Origin: an uncultured Rhodospirillaceae bacterium
GTDB taxonomy: Bacteria; Pseudomonadota; Alphaproteobacteria; Rhodospirillales; Defluviicoccaceae
NCBI GenBank assembly: GCA_964420325.1
Contig: CAYQSU010000002.1
Span: 10,038-74,037, forward strand
DNA: 64,000 bases
Reading direction: 5' to 3'
A program made the translations under genes and the position numbers. This document shows positions 59,036-64,000 of this stretch, piece after piece (positions within the stretch are counted from its first letter, which is position 1; every line of letters starts with the position of its first letter). The notes under the pieces were generated by a model. It did not search any database. It saw only the letters and a list, made by a program, of their open reading frames with translations, and was not told the DNA's origin.

Positions 59036-60016
59036 TTACCGCGCCTCCTGATCCGCCATCGCCTGTTCCAGTCCGACCTCGTCCCTCCGCGCTTCGTCCA
59101 GGAGCCACTTGCGGAAAACCGCGACCGCGGGCCGGCCGTTGCCGACCTGCGGCCGGACCAAGTGATAGCCGAATTCGCAAGGCAACACGAGCTTGAAAGG
59201 ACAGACGAGTCGCCCTGCGGCGAGATCGGCATCGGCCCTGGTCGGTCGGCCGAGGACCACGCCGAGGCCGTCCAGGGCGGCCCGCATGGCGTCCTCCGCG
59301 CGGCCGAAGCGGAGGCCCCGGGACCAGTCGACGTCGGTCGCGCCGGCAAGCCAGAGCCACATGCGCCAGTCCGGCGTTGGCCCGGAAACGTAGGCCGTGT
59401 CATCGTGGATGAGGGTGTGGTTTCGAAGGTCCGACGGTGTCTCGAGGGGGCCACCCTGTCGCATGAGGGCGGGGCTGCACATCGGCGTCATGCACTCGTT
59501 GAACAGCCGCTCGGCCCTCAATCCCGCATAGTCGCCGACGCCGTATCGGATCGCCAGGTCGATGTGGTCGGCGCGGAAGTCGACGAGCGCAAGGTTGGCC
59601 GAGATCCGTACGTCGAACTCCGGATGCGCTTCGGTGAAGCGTTCGATGCGAGGAAGCAGCCACCGGCGGGCGAAGGATGGCGGAACGCTGACGGTGAGGA
59701 CCCGATTGCGCTCGACCGAACGCAGGATGGCAACGGCCTCGGCCAATCGGTCGAAGCCGTCCTGCAGCGCCGGGAGGCACGCCTGGCCGGCGTCGGTCAG
59801 CAACACAGTCCGCGTCAATCGGCGGAACAACGGAACGTGGAGATGCTGCTCGAGCAGCCGAACCTGGTGGCTGATGGCCGCCGGCGTGACGCCGAGCTCC
59901 TCCGCGGCCCTGCTGAAGCTCAGATGGCGCGCCGATGCCTCGAACGCACGCAATGCATTCAACGGGGGCAGCCTGCGCTGTCTGACACGGGAAACCGGCC
60001 GCCTGTCTCCCTTCAT
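59036..60016 (-). CDS. LysR-family transcriptional regulator (GcvA/AmpR-like)
   Basis: ORF trimmed to the ATG at 60016. The wHTH reads LPPLNALRAFEASARHLSFSRAAEELGVTPAAISHQVRLLE, followed by a LysR substrate-binding domain. Confidence 0.9.
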   Translation of the reverse strand: MKGDRRPVSRVRQRRLPPLNALRAFEASARHLSFSRAAEELGVTPAAISHQVRLLEQHLHVPLFRRLTRTVLLTDAGQACLPALQDGFDRLAEAVAILRSVERNRVLTVSVPPSFARRWLLPRIERFTEAHPEFDVRISANLALVDFRADHIDLAIRYGVGDYAGLRAERLFNECMTPMCSPALMRQGGPLETPSDLRNHTLIHDDTAYVSGPTPDWRMWLWLAGATDVDWSRGLRFGRAEDAMRAALDGLGVVLGRPTRADADLAAGRLVCPFKLVLPCEFGYHLVRPQVGNGRPAVAVFRKWLLDEARRDEVGLEQAMADQEAR

Positions 60017-60299
60017 GTTCAGCAGTACCGATGCCGCTGAGCGACCAAAAAACACCTCGGACAGCACGATCGACAACAGAAAGCTGGAACCATGTGGCCG
60101 GCGCCGGTTTCCAGGCATCATCCGCGAGACGCGGATCTGATCCGCCCGAGGCACGCTTGCCCGAGGTCGGTGGCAAAAATATGTCAATAATCTGCGGCAT
60201 TACCGTTTGGCGTTGACAGCCGGCCCGGCGGTGGCGAACCCGAAGCCCGGCGCCGGGGCGGCTCAACGCGACGCAGCGGAGGGAAAGGGGGAGGGTGGC

Positions 60300-60476
60300 C
60301 TACTTGGGCTCAAAGATTTGCCGGCCCCGATACATCCCGGTGGACGGGTCGATGTGATGCGGCCGCCGCAGCTCGCCCGAGTCCTTGTCCTCGACGTAGA
60401 CGGCCGCTTCAAGCTTGTGGTGGGACCGGCGCTGGCCTCGCTTCGTCGTTGTCGTCCTCTTCTTCGGTACGGCCAT
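60300..60476 (-). CDS. rpmF: 50S ribosomal protein bL32 (absent from the supplied ORF track, which lists no ORF shorter than 60 aa)
   Basis: My own translation of the minus strand gives [58 protein letters not shown] (58 aa). The MAVPKK..S..RRG.RRSH N-terminus is diagnostic of bL32. Confidence 0.85.
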   Translation of the reverse strand: MAVPKKRTTTTKRGQRRSHHKLEAAVYVEDKDSGELRRPHHIDPSTGMYRGRQIFEPK

Positions 60477-60687
60477 CGGAACTCCCTTCTTCAGTCGCTT
60501 CGCGGACAGCGCCCGCGGCCCGGAACGCCGCCACTTCTATATCCGCGCTTCGGAAAAACGCCAGAGAAAACTGACCGGTTGCTTGCGGGCGCATCGACAG
60601 TATGGCATACCAGCGTCCGCTCGAGCGAGGCATGGTGGCGGTCGAACATGGTAGGAAATCGCTTTCAGGTCAATATGGAGGAAGTTC

Positions 60688-61158
60688 ATGTTCGCAAATC
60701 GTATTAGCGTCGAGCAGGTCGAGGAGGGCCTGGAGCTGGCGCCCAAGTTCGATGAGCATGGCTTGATCCCCGTCGTTACCACCGACGCCGACACTGGCGA
60801 CGTGCTGATGCATGCGTACATGAACGCCGAGGCGCTCTGCCAGACGATCAGCCGAGGCGAGGCGGTGTACTGGAGCCGCAGCCGGCAGTGCCTGTGGCAC
60901 AAGGGTGCGACCAGCGGCCTCGTTCAGAAGGTCGTCGAGATGCGGATCGACGACGATCAGGATGCGGTCTGGCTCCGGGTTCGCGTCGTCGGCGACGCGA
61001 GCTGTCATGTCGGCTACCGTTCGTGCTTTTACCGCTCGGTTCCGCTCGGCGGAGACGCGGATGCCGGCGGCGCGCTCGCGTTGCGGCTGGAGGAGACGGA
61101 AAAGACCTTCGATCCCAGAGAGGTGTACGGCGATGCCCCCAATCCGACGCGGCTCTGA
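60688..61158 (+). CDS. hisI: Phosphoribosyl-AMP cyclohydrolase
   Basis: 156 aa with GLIP.V..D..TG.VLM.AYMN.EAL..T........YWSRSR..LW.KG.TSG..Q.V.E.R.DCD.D-like core and the CH.GY.SCF metal motif. Confidence 0.9.
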   Translation: MFANRISVEQVEEGLELAPKFDEHGLIPVVTTDADTGDVLMHAYMNAEALCQTISRGEAVYWSRSRQCLWHKGATSGLVQKVVEMRIDDDQDAVWLRVRVVGDASCHVGYRSCFYRSVPLGGDADAGGALALRLEETEKTFDPREVYGDAPNPTRL

Positions 61159-61159
61159 G

Positions 61160-61182
61160 CCGTCGGCGGACGCCGCGGACGG
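61160..61182 (+). terminator. Possible terminator hairpin after hisI (CCGTCgGCGG-acg-CCGCgGACGG followed by GTTGTTG)
   Basis: A 5+4 bp stem with one mismatch and a 3-nt loop starts 2 nt after the hisI stop, in a 32-nt convergent gap. The U-tract is weak. Confidence 0.35.
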
Positions 61183-61190
61183 GTTGTTGC

Positions 61191-61802
61191 CTACTCGGTC
61201 ATCAGGTTGTCGGCGAGGCTCGTCAGACCGGCGGCCAGCGCCGGCGGCCCGCCCTGCCGCAGGGTCGCGCGATATTCGGACCGGCGTTGGGCCAACTCGC
61301 TCACTCCCCTGGCAATGACATCGACGGCCCGCCACCGGCCGTCCGCCTCCTCCATGACGTAGTCGAGCGCAACGGATTCCTCCCCGGGAAGCACGAGCCG
61401 CGTCTCGACGATCGTTCGGCCTCCCGGCCCCTCGCGCGTGCCGACGATCTCGAACCGCCCCCCGCCGTAATCCTTGAAGCGGGAGGCATAGGTTGCGACA
61501 CTGTAGTGCGAGAACGCCTCGACCAGCGCCGAGCGCTCGACGTCCGATGCCCTGGCCCAGTGGGCGCCGGTTGCCACCTCGATCATGCGCTCGAGGTCGA
61601 ACGCCGCTTCGACCGCCGGCTCGAGACGCCGGTAGCGGGTGTCGACGGACTCGCCGTCGGCCGAGCGCCACACCTCGAGGAGCACGGACTGAAACGCGGC
61701 GACGACGCCCGGAGCGTCCGCGGTCTCGGTGCGGATGCTGGCGGAGGGAACGACGGCCAGGCCGAGAGCGAGAACGAAGGCAAGGGCGGGCGAGCGGCTC
61801 AT
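61191..61802 (-). CDS. MlaC/Ttg2D-family periplasmic lipid-binding protein (second paralogue, no mlaDEF nearby)
   Basis: 203 aa with a signal peptide (MSRSPALAFVLALGLAVVPSASI) and a Ttg2D-type body (FD...M......G.HW...S..ER..L...F......ATYASRF). Confidence 0.8.
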   Translation of the reverse strand: MSRSPALAFVLALGLAVVPSASIRTETADAPGVVAAFQSVLLEVWRSADGESVDTRYRRLEPAVEAAFDLERMIEVATGAHWARASDVERSALVEAFSHYSVATYASRFKDYGGGRFEIVGTREGPGGRTIVETRLVLPGEESVALDYVMEEADGRWRAVDVIARGVSELAQRRSEYRATLRQGGPPALAAGLTSLADNLMTE

Positions 61803-61937
61803 GGCGAATCAGGACCCGTACGAGGCTCGGCCAGGGCCGGTTCGGCGGCCGACGGTCATCCGCAAGGTAGGCGGAGCGGAGGCGAGAGGCAATGGCCGCT
61901 GCGACCGCCCGTTCGCTACACCTCAGGCGAATGCCCC

Positions 61938-61966
61938 TTGACAAAAGTGGGACTTGAGACTAATAA
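61938..61966 (+). promoter_or_regulatory. Near-consensus sigma70-type promoter (TTGACA-N17-TAATAA) about 270 nt upstream of rpoH
   Basis: The hexamers and 17-nt spacer were read directly from the sequence. They sit in an unusually AT-rich patch (CTAATAAAATT) of an otherwise GC-rich window, and the -35 context CCCTTGAC also resembles heat-shock -35 boxes. Confidence 0.5.
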
Positions 61967-62235
61967 AATTGCGCAGTTGGAGACGGTTCGGCAGTGCCGC
62001 GGAGGGCTGCCCGCCGTCTTGCTTGGCCGCGATGGCGAGCAGAAGGACCTGTCGCTTCCTGGGCGGAGGATATGGATGACCCTGGTTCGAACCATCCCTG
62101 CGTCCGGGAAAGGACGCCAACAGCAAGGCATCGGTCCGCCATTGCAGCCGGCCTTCAGGTGACGCGAGGCGTCGGGCCGCGGGGTCGCGGCTCGACCGTG
62201 AGGGTATCGGAAACCACCGAGAGGGAGATGTTGCG

Positions 62236-63114
62236 ATGAGCGGCGTAAGCGTGCCGGCGGTGCCCGTCGACGGAGGACTGGCCCGCTACTTCCGGGAGAT
62301 CTGGTCGTTCCCGGTGCTCACCGACGAAGAGGAGTACATGTTCGCCGCGCGCTGGCGCGAGGAAGGGGACGTCGAGGCGGCGCACCGGCTGGTGACGAGC
62401 CACCTGCGGCTGGTAGCGAAGATCGCCATGGGCTACCGCGGCTACGGGATCCCCGTCGCCGACTTGATCTCCGAAGGCAACATCGGCCTGATGAAGGCGG
62501 TGAAGAAGTTCGAGCCGGAGCGGGGGTTCCGGCTGGCGACCTATGCGATGTGGTGGATCCGCGCCGCCATTACCGAATACATCCTGAGATCCTGGTCGTT
62601 GGTCAGGACCGGAACGCTGGCGGCGCAAAAGAAGCTGTTCTTCAGCCTGAACCGGATCAAGCGCCAGCTGAACATGGTGGACAACGGCGAACTGGATGCG
62701 GACCAGGCGTCGCGGCTTTCCGAACACTTCAACATCTCTGCCGACGAGATCGTCGACATGAACCGCAGGCTCGCAGCTCGCGACGTCTCGCTGAACACGC
62801 CCTTGGCGCGCGAAGGCAACGAGGGTCTCGAGTTCCAGGACACGCTGGTCGACGATTCCCCTTCGCCGGAGGCGATCCTCGCTGGGCGCGAGGAGGTCGG
62901 CCGGCGGCGGGCGCTGTTGAGCAATGCGATGAAGCAGTTGCCGGACCGCGAGCGCCACATCCTGGCGGAACGGTGGCTCAAGGCTTCGCCGAAGACGCTC
63001 GAGGAACTCGGCTCGGTCTACGGCATCAGCCGGGAACGTGTGCGGCAGTTGGAGGCAAGAGCGCTGAACAAGGTGCGCACGGCGATGACCGCCGGCGACC
63101 CGGAGGCCGCCTGA
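62236..63114 (+). CDS. rpoH: RNA polymerase sigma-32 factor RpoH
   Basis: 292 aa with sigma70 regions 2 to 4 and the RpoH-box-like segment (AAQKKLFFSLNRIKRQL). GGGAG lies 8 nt upstream of the ATG. Confidence 0.95.
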   Translation: MSGVSVPAVPVDGGLARYFREIWSFPVLTDEEEYMFAARWREEGDVEAAHRLVTSHLRLVAKIAMGYRGYGIPVADLISEGNIGLMKAVKKFEPERGFRLATYAMWWIRAAITEYILRSWSLVRTGTLAAQKKLFFSLNRIKRQLNMVDNGELDADQASRLSEHFNISADEIVDMNRRLAARDVSLNTPLAREGNEGLEFQDTLVDDSPSPEAILAGREEVGRRRALLSNAMKQLPDRERHILAERWLKASPKTLEELGSVYGISRERVRQLEARALNKVRTAMTAGDPEAA

Positions 63115-63172
63115 TCGCAGAGACGGCGGGCCGCCCGTAGCCGACCCGGGCCGAGGTGCCGACGGCGAGCCC

Positions 63173-63436
63173 CTACTGAAGCGTCAGCAGCGTCCGGCTG
63201 ACGCGGATCTCCGCCGGCCGGATGAGCGTCGTGGCGGCGACCGTCACCGAGTGGAGCCGGCCGTCGATGTTGTGCTGCCAGAAGCTCAGAAACCGCTTGA
63301 GCACGGGGAACTCCGGAGCCAGATCGAAGTCCTGCCAGATGAAGTTCTGCAAGAGCTCCGGATAGTCGGGCAGGTGGTAGATGATCTCCGCCGTCGTCAG
63401 ACGATAGCCCAGCAGCTGCTTTTCGAGGGCGCCCAT
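63173..63436 (-). CDS. usg: Usg-like family small protein
   Basis: 87 aa. YRLTTAEIIYH.PD.P.LLQ.FIWQD.DLAP.FP.L..FL.FW...IDG.LHSV matches my memory of alphaproteobacterial Usg proteins. Confidence 0.7.
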   Translation of the reverse strand: MGALEKQLLGYRLTTAEIIYHLPDYPELLQNFIWQDFDLAPEFPVLKRFLSFWQHNIDGRLHSVTVAATTLIRPAEIRVSRTLLTLQ

Positions 63437-63700
63437 GGTTCCGCAACGCTTCCCTTATCGTTGGTTCAATGCCACTAATAATTGTGCCCAGCGCGCCCTT
63501 CGAACTCAACTGAAAACCGATCGGATCCGTGACTTTGTCAGCCGTTGCGGGAGAGTGCTGGTAACCCCCGGCATACAACCCCGGCGATAGCATGGCGGCA
63601 TCGGCCGCGGGCAGCCCGACCCCTGGACAGCCGGCGGCGATTGGGCCATGGTTCGGATCGGGCTTGGCTTGGCGGCTGGGTGCGTCAAGCCCAGGAACGC

Positions 63701-64000
63701 ATGATCATCTTGTTCACCGATTTCGGATTGACGGGACCGTACACGGGCCAGATGAAGGCGGTCCTGCGCCGCGAGGCGCCTCAGGTCGACATCATTGATC
63801 TGTTCGCGGACGCACCGGCATTCGATCCCCGCGCGGCGGCCTATCTTCTGGCCGCTTACACGATGGAGTTTCCGCGGGGCTCGGTGTTCCTGTGCGTGGT
63901 CGATCCGGGCGTCGGCGGCACACGGATGCCGGTCGTCGTCTCTGCGGACGGCCGATGGTTCGTCGGGCCGGAGAACGGACTGTTCGAGATCGTCATCCGT
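63701..64000 (+). CDS. S-adenosyl-L-methionine hydroxide adenosyltransferase family protein (SAM hydrolase, formerly DUF62), 3' partial
   Basis: My own translation from the ATG at 63701 gives MIILFTDFGLTGPYTGQMKAVLRREAP.V.IIDL..D.P.......AYLLAA....FP.GSVFLCVVDPGVGG.R...V...DGRWFVGPENGLF. The frame runs open to the window end. Confidence 0.75.
   Translation, partial: MIILFTDFGLTGPYTGQMKAVLRREAPQVDIIDLFADAPAFDPRAAAYLLAAYTMEFPRGSVFLCVVDPGVGGTRMPVVVSADGRWFVGPENGLFEIVIR

Noticed and set aside
62072-62100. A GGTTCGAACC string resembling a tRNA/tmRNA T-arm, with the possibility of a permuted alphaproteobacterial ssrA upstream of rpoH.
   Set aside because: No 5-bp T-stem with a 7-nt loop can be drawn, because the string is a loop-less palindrome. 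There is no acceptor stem or CCA context, and no tag-like reading frame ending in hydrophobic residues plus a stop in any frame nearby.
62100-62235. A ROSE-type RNA thermometer in the rpoH leader.
   Set aside because: I found no U(U/C)GCU-type anti-Shine-Dalgarno segment, and no CCCTC-like stretch able to pair with the GAGGGAG ribosome-binding site.
61994-62239. An 81-aa upstream ORF whose stop overlaps the rpoH ATG.
   Set aside because: Its translation is Arg/Gly/Pro-rich without any protein-like pattern and it has no convincing ribosome-binding site. It is kept only as a note within the rpoH-leader finding, since termination at ATGA could still matter if it is translated.
63437-63700. A SAM-II/SAM-V riboswitch upstream of the SAM-cleaving enzyme gene.
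   Set aside because: I could not recognise the pseudoknot consensus by eye. The idea comes only from the gene's substrate, so it is recorded as a low-interest item pending a covariance scan.

Overview
This is a very GC-rich, gene-dense chromosomal segment. Gene order looks alphaproteobacterial (my inference from synteny: dgt-argS-SPOR-nagZ-scpAB-tatABC-serS-surE-pcm-nlpD, yajC-secDF, ilvC/ilvA, rpoH, hisI, rpmF). Accessory content: a partial Mrp/complex-I-like antiporter cluster, two TRAP transporters (one with a duplicated binding protein), an isolated motAB pair, a PAS-GGDEF-EAL protein, an S45 acylase wedged between ilvC and ilvA, an orphan sulfotransferase-fold gene after tatC, and a roughly 15 kb hopanoid cluster (hpnM-hpnC-hpnB-hpnD-hpnE-shc-hpnG, then hpnH-ispH on the opposite strand, then hpnA-ROK kinase, then hpnN on the opposite strand). 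By eye I found no rRNA, tRNA, CRISPR array, transposase, integrase or phage gene. I did not find a clear new multi-gene system such as a defence island. The best leads are the unassigned genes inside the hopanoid cluster (ROK kinase, HpnA/HpnB, an MlaC-like HpnM, a Nudix hydrolase), the ilvC-acylase-ilvA operon, the sulfotransferase insertion, and a strong promoter with a long structured leader upstream of rpoH. Many ORFs in the supplied track are antisense or alternative-frame shadows typical of high-GC DNA. Several long ORFs are real genes with spurious N-terminal extensions, and I trimmed these to the start codon that restores a family-typical N-terminus. Start codons are therefore best guesses. 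All family calls come from motif recognition by eye, not from searches.
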